DNA of 64,000 bases, from assembly GCF_009914755.1 (NCBI RefSeq), contig NC_060939.1. One strand, written 5' to 3'. The position numbers and the translations under genes are program-made. The DNA is from the human T2T-CHM13v2.0 reference genome, Homo sapiens. The notes under the pieces were generated by a model. The model did no database searches and had not been told where the DNA came from. It saw only the letters and a program-made list of their open reading frames with translations. Below are positions 38,200 to 53,100 of the stretch, in pieces; the first letter of the stretch is position 1; each line of letters begins with the position of its first letter.

Positions 38200-41100
38200 A
38201 TTCCATTCCATTCCATTCCACTCGGGTTGATTCCAAAGCTTTCCATTCCATTCCATTCCCTTCATTCCTTTCCATTCCATTCCATTCCAGTCGGGTTGAT
38301 TCCATTCCATTGCTTTCCATTCCATTCCATTGCATGCCTTTCTATTCCATTCCACTCGGGTTGATTGCGTTGCATTCTATTCCATTCCATTGCACTTGGG
38401 TTGATTCCATTCCATTGCATTCCATTCCATCCATTCCTTTCCATTCTTTTCCATTACACTCGGGTTGATTCAATAGGATTCCTTTCCATTCCATTCCATT
38501 CCATTCCATTCTATTCCATCCCATTCTGGTTGATTCCATTCTATTCCATTCCATTCCATTCCATTCCTTTCCATTCCATTCAGGTTGATTCCATTCCATT
38601 CCATTCCATCCCATCCTATTTGGGTTGATTCCATTCCATTCGATTCCATTCCATTCCACTCCTTTCCATTCCATTCCATTCCATTCCATTCCATTCCATT
38701 CTGGTTGATTCCATTCCATTAAATTCCACTGCATTCCATTCCATTCCATTCCACTCCATTCCATTCCATTCCACTCCATGCATTCTGTTCCATTCCACCC
38801 GGATTGATTCCATTCCATTCCATTCCATTCTATGCTCTTCCATTACAGTTGATTCCGATGGATTCCATTCCGTTCCATTCCATTCCACGGCATTCAGTTC
38901 CATTCCGTTCCGTTCCATTCCATTCGTGTTGTTTCTATTCCATTCCACACCATTCTATTCCATTCCATTCCATTCCATTCGGGTTGATTCCATTCCATTC
39001 CATTCCATTCCATTCCATGCCATTCCATTCAATTCCATTCCATTCCACTCCATTCCATTACATTCCATTCCACACGAGTTGATTCTATTCCATTCCATTC
39101 CATTCCATTCCATTCCATTCCATTCCATTCGGGTTCATTCCATGCCATTCAATTCCATTCCGTTCCGTTCCATTCCATTCCATTCCATTCCATTCCATTC
39201 CATTCCATTCCATTGCCTTCCATTCCACTCCATTCCATTCCATTCCATTTCATTCCATTCCATTCCATTCCATTCCACTCGGGTTGATTCCATAGCTTTC
39301 CATTCCATTGCATTCCATTCATTCCTTTCCATTCCGTTCCATTCCAGTCGGGTTGATTCCATTCCATTGCTTTCCGTTCCATTCCATTGCATGCCTTTCT
39401 ATTCCATTCCACTCGGTTTGATTCTGTTGCATTCTATTCTATTCCATTGCACTTGGCTTGGTTCCTTTCCATTCCATTCCATTTCATTCATTTCCATAAC
39501 ACTCGGGTTGATTTCATAGTATTCCTTTCCATTTCATTGCATTCATTCCATTCCACTCCATTCCATTCCATTCCAATCCGGTTGATTCCATTCCATTCCA
39601 TTCCCTTCCACTCGGGTTGATTCCATTCCATTCCATTGCATTCCATTCCATACCATTCCTCTCGGGTTGATTCCATACCAATCTATGCTATTCCATTCCA
39701 TTAAACATCATTCCATTCCATTCCACTCGGGTTGATTCCATTCCATTCCATTCCATTCCATTCCATTCCATTCCATTGCATTCCATTCCATTCCATTCCA
39801 TTCTATTCCATTCCAGTCCATTCCGTTCCACTCGGGTTGATTCCATACCATTCCATTCCATTCCATTCATTCCTTTAAATTCCATTCCATTCCATTCTGG
39901 TTGATTCCATTCCATTCCTTTCCATTCCATTTCATTCCATTCCTTTCCATTCCATTCTACTCGGGTTGATTCCGTTGCATTCCATTCCATTCCATTCTAT
40001 TCCATTCCAGTCCATTCCATTCCACTCGGGTTGATTCCATACCATTCCATTCCATTCCATTCCATTCCATTCCATTCCATTCCATTCATTCCTTTCTATT
40101 CCATTCCATTCCATTCGGGTTGATTCCATTCCCTTCCTTTCCATTCCATTTCATTCCATTCCTTTCCATTCCATTCCTCTCGGGTTGATTCCGTTGCATT
40201 CCATTGCATTCCATTGCACTTGGGTTGATTCCATTCCATTCCATTCCATTCCATTACTTTCCATTCCTTTCCATTCCATTCTGTTCCATTCTGTTCGGGT
40301 TGATTCCATTCCATTAAATTCCACTGCATTCCATTCCATTCCATTCCAATCCATTCCATTCCATTCCACTCCATACATTCCATTCCTTTCCACCCGGATT
40401 GATTCCATTCCATTCTATGCTATTCCATTCCAGTTGATTCCATTGGATTCCATTCCGTTCCATTCCATTCGTGTTTATTTCATTCCATTCCATTCTATTC
40501 CACAGCATTCCACTCCATTCCATTCAATTCCATTCAATTCCACTCCATTCCATTACATTCCATTCCACTCGAGTTGATTCTATTCCATTCCATTCCATTC
40601 CAATCCATCCCATTCCATTCCATTCCTTTCCATTCCATTCATTCCCATTACACTCGGGTTGATTCCATTGTATTGCATTCCATTGTATTGCATTCCATTC
40701 CATTCCATTCCATTCCATCCCATTCTGGTTGATTCCATTCTATTCCGTTCCATTCCATTCCATTCCATTCCTTTCCATTCCATTCCATTCCATTCCATTC
40801 CATACTTTTCCACTCTGGTTGATTGCATACCTTTCCATTCCATTCCGTTCCATTCCATTCCTTTCCATACTATTCCACTCTGGTTAATTCCATATCATTC
40901 CTTTCCATTCCATTCCAATCCATTCCATTCCATTCCAGGTGATTCCTTTGCATTCCATCCTGTTCCATTCCATTCCTTTCCATTCCATTCCACTCGGGTT
41001 GATTCCAGTCCATTGCATTCCATTCCGTTCCTCTCGGGTTGATTCCATTCCATTCTATTCCATTTTATTCCACTCGAGTTGATTCCATTCCATTCCATTC

Positions 41101-44100
41101 CATTCCATTCCGTTCCACTCGGTTTGATTCTATTCCATTCCATTCCACTTTATTCCACTCCCCTAGAGTTGATTCCATTCCATTCCATTCCATTCCATTC
41201 CATTCCACTCCATTAGATTCCATTCCATACCAACCGGATTGATTCCATTCCACTAGATTCCATTCCATTCCATTCCATTCCTTTCCAGATGATTCCATTG
41301 GATTCCATTCCATTCCATTCCATTGCATTCCATTCCATTCCATTCTATTCCACTCGAGTTTTTTCGTCTTCATTCCATTGCATTACATTCCATTTCATTC
41401 CACTCGGGTTCATTCCATTCCTTCCATTCCATTCCATTCCACTCGGGTTAAATCCATTAGATTTCATTCCCTTCCCTTCCATTCCATTCAATTCCACTCG
41501 GGTGGATTCCATTGCATTACATTCCATTTTATGCCATTCCATTCTGTTCCATTCCATTCCATTCCATACTATTCCACTCTGGTTGATTCCATATCATTCC
41601 ATTCCATTCCGTTCCATTCCATTCCATTCCATACTATTCCACTCTGGTTGATTGCATACCATTCCATTCCATTCCATTCCAATCCATTCCATTCCATTCC
41701 AGGTGATTCCTTTGCATTCCATCATGTTCCATTCCATTCCTTTCCATTCCATTCCACTCGGGTTGATTCCATCCCATTGCATTCCATTCTGTTCCTTTCG
41801 GGTTGATTCCATTCCATTCTATTCCATTTTATTCCACTCGAGTTGATTCCATTCCATTCCATTCCATTCCATTGCATTCCATTCCATTCCATTCCATTCC
41901 ACTCAGGTTGATTCTGCTCCATTCCATTGCATTCCATTCCATTTCATTCCATTCCATTCGTGTTGAATCCATTTCATTCCATTCCGATCCATTGCATTCC
42001 ATTCCTTTCCATTTCATTCCATTCCTTTCCTTTCGGGTTGATTCCATTCCATTCCATTCCATTCCATTCCGTTCCATTCCACTCCATGCCATTCCGTTCC
42101 ATTCCACCAGGATTGATTCCATTCCATTGCATTATAATCCATTCCATTCTATTCCTTTCCACTCCGGTTGATTCAATTGCATTCCATTCCATTCCATTCC
42201 ATTCCAGTTGATTCCAAAGCCTTGCATTCCATTACATTCCATTGCATTCCATTCCATTCCATTGCATTCCAATCTATTCCATTCCACTCGTTTTCATTCC
42301 ATTCCACTCCATTCCATTCCATTCCATTCCATTCCATTCCACTCGGTTTGATTCCATTCCATTCCATTCCATTCCATTCCATTCCATTCCATTCCATTCC
42401 ACTCGGGTTGATTCCATTCCATTCCATTCCATTCTATTCCATTCCACTCGGGTTTATTAAATTCCGTTCCTTTCCATTTCATTGCATTCCATTCCATTCC
42501 ACTCCATTCCATTCCATTCCAATCCGGTTGATTCCATTCCGTTCCATTCCCTTCCACTCGGGTTGATTCCATTCCATTCCATTCCATTTTATTCCATTCC
42601 ATTCCATTCCATTGCATTCCATTCCATACCATTCCTGTCGGGTTGATTCCATACCAATCTATTCTATTCCAGTCCATTAACTACATTCCATTCCATTCCA
42701 CTCGGGTTGATTCCATTCCATTCCATTCCATTCCATTCCATTCCATTCCATTCCATTCCATGCCATTCCATTCCATTCGTGTTGATTCCATTCCATTCCA
42801 TTCCATTCCATTCCATTCCATTCCGTTCCACTCGGGTTGATTCCATTCCATTCCATTCCAATGCATTCCTTTCCATTCCATTCCATTCGGGTTCATTGCA
42901 TTCCATTCTGTTCCATTCCGTTCCGTTCCTTTCCATTCCATTCCATTCCATGGCATTCCATTCCATTCCATTCCATTCTATTCCATTCCAGTCCATTCCA
43001 ATGCATTCCACTCCATACGTTCCATTCCATTCCACCCGGATTGATTCCATTCCATTCCATTCCATTCTATGCTATTCCATTCCAGTTGATTCCGTTGGAT
43101 TCCATTCCGTTCCATTCCATTCCATTCCATTCCATTCCATTCCATTCCATTCCATTCCATTCCACTCGGGTTGATTCCATTCCATTCCATTCCATTCTTT
43201 TCCATTCCACTCGGGTTTATTAAATTCCGTTCCTTTCCATTTCATTGCATTCCATTCCATTCCACTCCATTCCATTCCATTCCAATCCGGTTGATTCTAT
43301 TCCATTCCATTCCCTTCCACTCGGGTTGATTCCATTCCATTCCATTCCATTTTATTCCATTCCATTCCATTCCATTTCATTCCATTCCATACCATTCCTG
43401 TCGGGTTGATTCCATACCAATCTATTCTATTCCATTCCATTAACTACATTCCATTCCATTCCACTCGGGTTGATTCCATTCCATTCCATTCCATTCCATT
43501 CCATTCCATTCCATGCCATTCCATTCCATTCGTGTTGATTCCATTCCATTCCATTCCATTCCATTCCATTCCATTCCATTCCGTTCCACTCGGGTTGATT
43601 CCATTCCATTCCAATCCATTCCTTTCCATTCCATTCCATTCGGGTTCATTCCATTCCATTCTGTTCCATTCCATTCCGTTCCTTTCCATTCCATTCCATG
43701 GCATTCCATTCCATTCCATTCCATTCTATTCCATTCCAGTCCATTCCAATCCATTCCACTCCATACATTCCATTCCATTCCACCCGGATTGATTCCATTC
43801 CATTCCATTCCATTCTATGCTATTCCATTCCAGTTGATTCCGTTGGATTCCATTCCGTTCCATTCCATTCCATTCCATTCCATTGCTTTCCATTGCATTC
43901 GACTCAGGATGATTCCACTCCATTCCATTGCATTACATTCCATTTCATTCCACTCGGGTTTATTCCTTTCCATTCCATTCCGTTCCACTCGGGTTAATTC
44001 CATTCCGTTCCTTTCCGTTACATTCCATTCCATTCCATTCCATTCCTTTCCATTCCATTCCGTTCCATTTTATTGGTGTTTATTTCATTCCATTCCATTC

Positions 44101-47100
44101 CATTCCACAGCTTTCCATTCCAATCCGTTCCATTCCATTCCATTCCGTTCCATTCCATTCCATTCGTGTTGTTTCCATTCCAATCCATTCCATTACATTC
44201 CATTCCACTGGAGTTGATTCTATTCCATTCCATTCCATTCCATTCCATTCGGTTTCATTCCATGCCATTCAATTCCATTCCGTTCCATTCCATTCCATTC
44301 CATTCCATTCCATTCCATTCCATTCCATTGTATTGCCTTCCATTCCACTCCATTCCATTCCATTCCATTCCATTCCATTCCACTCCATTCCATTAAATTC
44401 CATTCCATTCGATTTGATTCTATTCCATTCCATTCCATTCCATTCCATTGCATTCCATTGCAGTCGGGTTCATTCCATGCCATTCAATTCCGTTCCATTC
44501 CATTCCATTCCATTCCATTCCATTCCATTCCATTCCACTCGGGTTGATTCCATACCTTTGCATTCCATTCCAATCCTTTCATTCCTTTCCTTCCCATTGC
44601 ATTTCATTCGGGTTGATTCCATTCCATTGCTTTCCAATCCATTCCATTGCATGCCTTTCCATTCCATTCCACTCGGGTTGATTCCGTTGCATTCTCTTCC
44701 ATTCCATTGCACTTGGGTTGATTCCATTCCATTCCATTCCATTCCATTCCATTCCATTCCATTAATTTCCATTACACTCGTGTTGATTCCATAGCATTCC
44801 ATTCCATTCCATTCCATTCCATTCCATTCCATTCCATTCCATTCCAATCCATCCCATTCTGGTTGATTCCATTCTATTCTATTCCATTCCATTCCATTCC
44901 ATTCCATTCCATTCCATTCCAATCCATTCCACTCCATTCCATTCCATTCCATTCCCCTCCATTCCATTCCATTCCATTCCATTCAATTCCACTCCATTCC
45001 ATTACAATCCATTCCATTCGATTTGATTCTATTCCATTCCATTCCATTGCATTCCATTGCAGTCGGGTTCATTCCATGTCATTCAATTCCGTTCCATTCC
45101 GTTCCATTCCATTCCATTCCATTCCATTTCCTTGCCTTCCATTCCACTCCATTCCATTCCATTCCATTCCATTCCATTCCATTCCATTCCATTCCACTCG
45201 AGTTGATTCCATACCTTTCCATTCCATTCCATTCCCTTCATTCCTTTCCATTCCATTCCATTCCAGTCGGGTTGATTCCATTCTATTGCTTTCCATTCTA
45301 TTCCATTGCATGCCTTTCTATTCCATTCCACGTGGGTTGATTCCGTTGCATTCTATTCCATTCCATTGCACTTGGGTTGATTCCATTCCATTCCATTCCA
45401 TTCCATTCCATTCCATTCCATTCATTTCCATTACACTCGGGTTGATTCCATAGCATTCCATTCCATTCCATTCCATTCCATTCCATTCCATTCCATTCCA
45501 TTCCATTCCATTCTGGTTGATTCCATTCTATTCCATTCCATTCCTTTCCTTTCCATTCCATTCCATTCCATTCGGGTTGATTCTATTCCATTCCATTCCA
45601 TTCCATTGCATTCCATCCCATTCGGCTAGATTCCATTCCATTCCATTCCTTTCCATTCCATTCCGTTCCACTCGGGTTAATTCCATTCCAGTTCCATTCC
45701 ATTCGTTTTTATTTCATTCCATTCCATTCCATTCCACAGCATTCCATTCCATTCCGTTCCGTTCCATTCCATTCTTGTTGTTTCCATTCCATTCCATTCC
45801 ATTCCATTCCATTCCATTCCATTCCATTCCTTTCAATTCCATTCCATTCCGTTCCATTCCATTCCATTCGGGTTGATTCCACTCCATTCCATTCCATTGC
45901 ATTCCTTTCCATTGCATTCCATTCGGGTTCATTCCATTCCATTCCGTTCCATTCCATTCCGTTCCTTTCCATTCCATTGCATTCCATTCCATTCCATTCC
46001 ATTCCATTCCATTCCATTCCATTCATTTCCATTACAGTCGGGTTGATTCCATACCATTCCATTCCATTCCATTGAATTCCATACCACTCCATTACACTCG
46101 GGTTGATTCCATCCCATTCCATTCCATTCCATTCCATTCCATTCCATTCCATTCCATTCCATTCGGGTTGATTCCATTCCATTCCATTCGATTCCACTCC
46201 ATTCCATTCCATTCCATTCGGGTTGATTACATTCCATGCCATTCAATTCCATTCCGTTCCATTCCATTCCATTCCATTCCATTCAATTGCATTGCCTTCC
46301 ATTCCACTCCATTCCATTGCATTCCATTCCATTCCATTCCATTCCATTCCATTCCATTCCATTCCAGTCGGGTTGATACCATTCCATTCCATTCCATTCC
46401 ATTCCATTCCATTCCACTCGGTTTGATTCCATTCCATTCCATTCCATTCCATTCCATTCCATTCCATTCCACTCGGGTTGATTCCATTCCATTCCATTCC
46501 ATTCCATTCCATTCCATTCCATTCCATTCCATTCCATTCCATTCCATTCCACTCGGGTTGATTCCATTCCATTCCATTCCATTCTATTCCATTCCACTCG
46601 GGTTTATTAAATTCCGTTCCTTTCCATTTCATTGCATTCCATTCCATTCCACTCCATTCCATTCCATTCCAATCCGGTTGATTCCATTCCATTCCATTCC
46701 CTTCCACTCGGGTTGATTCCATTCCATTCCATTCCATTTTATTCCATTCCATTCCATTCCATTGCATTCCATTCCATACCATTCCTGTCGGGTTGATTCC
46801 ATACCAATCTATTCTATTCCATTCCATTAACTACATTCCATTCCATTCCACTCGGGTTGATTCCATTCCATTCCATTCCATGCCATTCCATTCCATTCGT
46901 GTTGATTCCATTCCATTCCATTCCATTCCATTCCATTCCATTCCATTCCATTCCATTCCATTGCATTCCGTTCCACTCGGGTTGATTCCATTCCATTCCA
47001 TTCCAATCCATTCCTTTCCATTCCATTCCATTCGGGTTCATTGCATTCCATTCTGTTCCATTCCGTTCCGTTCCTTTCCATTCCATTCCATTCCATGGCA

Positions 47101-50100
47101 TTCCATTCCATTCCATTCCATTCTATTCCATTCCAGTCCATTCCAATGCATTCCACTCCATACGTTCCATTCCATTCCACCCGGATTGATTCCATTCCAT
47201 TCCATTCCATTCTATGCTATTCCATTCCAGTTGATTCCGTTGGATTCCATTCCGTTCCATTCCATTCCATTCCATTCCATTCCATTCCACTCGGGTTGAT
47301 TCCATTCCATTCCATTCCATTCCTTTTCCATTCCACTCGGGTTTATTAAATTCCGTTCCTTTCCATTTCATTGCATTCCATTCCATTCCACTCCAATCCA
47401 TTCCATTCCAATCCGGTTGATTCTATTCCATTCCATTCCCTTCCACTCGGGTTGATTCCATTCCATTCCATTCCATTTTATTCCATTCCATTCCATTCCA
47501 TTTCATTCCATTCCATACCATTCCTGTCGGGTTGATTCCATACCAATCTATTCTATTCCATTCCATTAACTACATTCCATTCCATTCCACTCGGGTTGAT
47601 TCCATTCCATTCCATTCCATTCCATTCCATTCCATGCCATTCCATTCCATTCATGTTGATTCCATTCCATTCCATTCCATTCCATTCCATTCCATTCCAT
47701 TCCATTCCGTTCCACTTGGGTTGATTCCATTCCATTCCAATCCATTCCTTTCCATTCCATTCCATTCGGGTTCATTCCATTCCATTCTGTTCCATTCCGT
47801 TCCGTTCCTTTCCATTCCATTCCATGGCATTCCATTCCATTCTATTCCATTCCAGTCCATTCCAATCCATTCCACTCCATACATTCCATTCCATTGCACC
47901 CGGATTGATTCCATTCCATTCCATTCCATTCTATGCTATTCCATTCCAGTTGATTCCGTTGGATTCCATTCCGTTCCATTCCATTCCATTCCATTCCATT
48001 CCATTCCATTCCATTCCATTCCTTTCCATTGCATTTGACTCAGGTTGATTCCACTCCATTCCATTGCATTACATTCCATTTCCTTCCACTCGGGTTTATT
48101 CCTTTCCATTCCATTCCGTTCCACTCGGGTTAATTCCATTCCGTTCCTTTCCATTACATTCCATTCCATTTCATTCCATTCCTTTCCATTCCATTCCGTT
48201 CCATTTTATTGGTGTTTATTTCATTCCATTCCATTCCATTCCACAGCTTTCCATTCCAATCCGTTCCATTCCATTCCATTCCGTTCCATTCTATTCCATT
48301 CGTGTTGTTTCCATTCCAATCCATTCCATTACATTCCATTCCACTGGAGTTGATTCTATTCCATTCCATTCCATTCCATTCCATTCGGCTTCATTCCATG
48401 CCATTCAATTCCATTCCGTTCCATTCCATTCCATTCCATTCCATTCCATTCCATTCCATTCCATTCCATTCCATTGCATTGCCTTCCATTCCACTCCACT
48501 CCACTCCATTCCATTCCATTCCATTCCATTCCATTCCATTCCATTCCATTCCATTCCACTCCATTCCATTACAATCCATTCCATTCGATTTGATTCTATT
48601 CCATTCCATTCCATTCCATTCCATTGCATTCCATTGCAGTCGGGTTCATTCCATGCCATTCAATTCCGTTCCATTCCATTCCATTCCATTCCATTCCATT
48701 CCATTCCATTCCACTCGGGTTGATTCCATACCTTTGCATTCCATTCCAATCCTTTCATTCCTTTCCTTCCCATTGCATTTCATTCGGGTTGATTCCATTC
48801 CATTGCTTTCCACTCCATTCCATTGCATGCCTTTCCATTCCATTCCACTTGGGTTGATTCCGTTGCATTCTCTTCCATTCCATTGCACTTGGGTTGATTC
48901 CATTCCATTCCATTCCATTCCATTCCATTCCATTCCATTCCATTAATTTCCATTACACTCGTGTTGATTCCATAGCATTCCATTCCATTCCATTCCATTC
49001 CATTCCATTCCATTCCATCCCATTCTGGTTGATTCCATTCTATTCTATTCCATTCCATTCCATTCCATTCCAATCCATTCCACTCCATTCCATTCCATTC
49101 CATTCCCCTCCATTCCATTCCATTCCATTCCATTCAATTCCACTCCATTCCATTACAATCCATTCCATTCGATTTGATTCTATTCCATTCCATTCCATTG
49201 CATTCCATTGCAGTCGGGTTCATTCCATGTCATTCAATTCCGTTCCATTCCGTTCCATTCCATTCCATTCCATTCCATTTCCTTGCCTTCCATTCCACTC
49301 CATTCCATTCCATTCCATTCCATTCCATTCCATTCCATTCCACTCGAGTTGATTCCATACCTTTCCATTCCATTCCATTCCCTTCATTCCTTTCCATTCC
49401 ATTCCATTCCAGTCGGGTTGATTCCATTCTATTGCTTTCCATTCTATTCCATTGCATGCCTTTCTATTCCATTCCACGTGGGTTGATTCCGTTGCATTCT
49501 ATTCCATTCCATTGCACTTGGGTTGATTCCATTCCATTCCATTCCATTCCATTCCATTCATTTCCATTACACTCGGGTTGATTCCATAGCATTCCATTCC
49601 ATTCCATTCCATTCCATTCCATTCTGGTTGATTCCATTCTATTCCATTCCATTCCTTTCCTTTCCATTCCATTCCATTCCATTCGGGTTGATTCTATTCC
49701 ATTCCATTCCATTCCATTGCATTCCATCCCATTCGGCTAGATTCCATTCCATTCCATTCCTTTCCATTCCATTCCGTTCCACTCGGGTTAATTCCATTCC
49801 AGTTCCATTCTATTCGTGTTTATTTCATTCCATTCCATTCCATTCCACAACATTCCATTCCATTCCTTTCCGTTCCATTCCATTCGTGTTGTTTCCATTC
49901 CATTCCATTCCATTCCATTCTATTCCATTCCTTTCCATTCCATTCCATTCCATTCCATTCCATTCCATTCGGGTTGATTCCACTCCATTCCATTCCATTG
50001 CATTCCTTTCCATTGCATTCCATTCGGGTTCATTCCATTCCATTCCGTTCCATTCCATTCCGTTCCTTTCAATTCCATTCCATTCCATTCCATTCCATTC

Positions 50101-53100
50101 CATTCCATTCCATTCCATTCCATCCCATTCCATTCATTTCCATTACAGTCGGGTTGATTCCATACCATTCCATTCCATTCCATTGAATTCCATACCATTC
50201 CATTACACTCGGGTTGATTCCATCCCATTCCATTCCATTCCATTCCATTCCATTCCATTCCATTCGGGTTGATTCCATTCCATTCCATTCGATTCCATTC
50301 CATTCCATTCCATTCCATTCGGGTTGATTACATTCCATGCCATTCAATTCCATTCCGTTCCATTCCATTCCATTCCATTCCATTCAATTGCATTGCCTTC
50401 CATTCCACTCCATTCCATTGCATTCCATTCCATTCCATTCCATTCCATTCCAGTCGGGTTGATACCTTTCCATTCCATTCCATTCCATTCCATTCCACTC
50501 CATTCTATTCCATTCCATTCCACTCGAGTTGATTTTATTCCATTCCATTCCTTTCCATCCCATTCCATTCCATTCTATTCCATTCCATTCCATTGCCTTC
50601 CATTGCATTCGTGTTGATTCCACTCCATTCCATTCCACTCCATTCCACTCAATTCCATTCCTTTCCAATCCATGACATTCAACTAGGGTTGAATTCATTG
50701 CATTCCATTCCAATCCATTCCCCTCCATTCAATTCCTCTCTGATTCAATCTATTCCATTCCGTTCCATTCCGTTCTGTTCCATTCCGTTCCATTGCATTC
50801 CATACCATTCCATTCCACCCGGGATGTTTCCATTCCATTCCATTATATTCCGTTTCATTTCATTGCATTCCATTCAATTCCATTCCACTCGGGTTGATTC
50901 CATACCATACCATTCCATTCCATTCCATTCCATTCCATTCCATTCATTCCTTTCCATTCCATTCCTTTCATTCGGGTTGATTCCATTCCATTCCTTTCCA
51001 TTCCATTTCATTCCATTCCTTTCCATTCCCTTCCACTCGGGTTGATTCCGTTGCATTCCATTCCATTCCATTCCACTCGGGTAGATTCCATTCCATTCCA
51101 TTCCATTACATTCCGTTCCGTTCCATTCCATTCCATTCCATTTCATTCCATTCCATTCCACTCGGGATGATTCCATTAAATTCCATTATATTCCGTTCAA
51201 TTCCATTGCATTCCATTCCATTCCATTCCACTCGGGTGGATTCCATTGCATTCCATTCCATTCCATTCCACTCGGGTTGATTCCATTCCGTTCCTTTCCA
51301 TTTCATTCCATTCCATTCCATTCCATTCCTTTCCATAGCATTCCGTTCCATTCTATTCGTGTTTATTTCATTCCATTCCATTCCATTCCACAGCATTCCA
51401 TTCCATTCCGTTCCATTCTATTCGTTTTGTTTCCATTCCATTCCATTCCATTCCATTCCATTCCAATCCATCCCATTCTGGTTGATTCCTTTCTATTCCA
51501 TTCCATTCCATTACATTCCATTCCTTTCCATTCCATTCCGTTCTATTCCATTCGGGTTGATTCCATTCCATTCCATTCCATTCCATTCCACTCCATTGCA
51601 CTCCATTCCATTCCACTCCATTCCATTCCACTCCATTCCATTCCATTCCATTCCATTCCACTCCATTCCATTCCATTCCATTCCACTCGTGTTGATTCCA
51701 AAGCTTTCAATAGGATTCCTTTCCATTCCATTCCATTCCATTCTATTCCATCCCATTCTGGTTGATTTCATTCTATTCCATTCCATTCCATTCCATTCCA
51801 TTCCATTCCGTTCCATTCCATTCAGGTTGATTCCATTCCATTCCATTCCATCCCATCCTATTTGTGTTGATTCCATTCCATTCGATTCCATTCCATTCCA
51901 CTCCTTTCCATTCCATTCCATTCCATTCCATTCCATTCCATTCCATTCCACTCGTGTTGATTCCAAAGCTTTCCATTCCATTCCATTCCCTTCATTCCTT
52001 TCCATTCCATTCCATTCCAGTCGGGTTGATTCCATTCCATTGCTTTCCATTCCATTCCATTGTATGCCTTTCTATTCCATTCCACTCGGGTTGATTGCGT
52101 TGCATTCTATTCCATTCCATTGCACTTGGGTTGATTCCATTCCATTGCATTCCATTCCATCCATTCCTTTCCATTCTTTTCCATTACACTCGGGTTGATT
52201 CAATAGGATTCCTTTCCATTCCATTCCATTCCATTCTATTCCATCCCATTCTGGTTGATTTCATTCTATTCCATTCCATTCCATTCCATTCCATTCCATT
52301 CCATTCCATTCCATTGTGGTTGATTCCATTCCATTAAATTCCACTGCATTCCATTCCATTCCATTCCACTCCATTCCATTCCATTCCACTCCATGCATTC
52401 CGTTCCATTCCACACGGATTGATTCCATTTCATTCCATTCCATTCTACGCTATTCCATTACAGTTGATTCCGTTGGATTCCATTCCGTTCCATTCCATTC
52501 CACAGCATTCAATTCCATTCCGTTCCGTTCCATTCCATTCGTGTTGTTTCTATTCCATTCCACACCATTCTATTCCATTCCATTCCATTCCATTCGGGTT
52601 GATTCCATTCCATTCCATTCCATTCCATGCCATTCCATTCAATTCCATTCCATTCCACTCCATTCCATTACATTCCATTCCACACGAGTTGATTCTATTC
52701 CATTCCATTCCATTCCATTCCATTCCATTCCATTCCATTCCATTCGGGTTCATTCCATGCCATTCAATTCCATTCCGTTCCATTCCATTCCATTCCATTC
52801 CATTCCATTCCATTGCCTTCCATTCCACTCCATTCCATTCCATTCCATTCCATTCCATTCCATTCCATTCCACTCGGGTTGATTCCATAGCTTTCCATTC
52901 CATTGCATTCCATTCATTCCTTTCCATTCCATTCCATTCCAGTCGGGTTGATTCCATTCCATTGCTTTCCGTTCCATTCCATTGCATGCCTTTCTATTCC
53001 ATTCCACTCGGGTTGATTCTGTTGCATTCTATTCTATTCCATTGCACTTGGCTTGATTCCTTTCCATTCCATTCCATTTCATTCATTTCCATAACACTCG

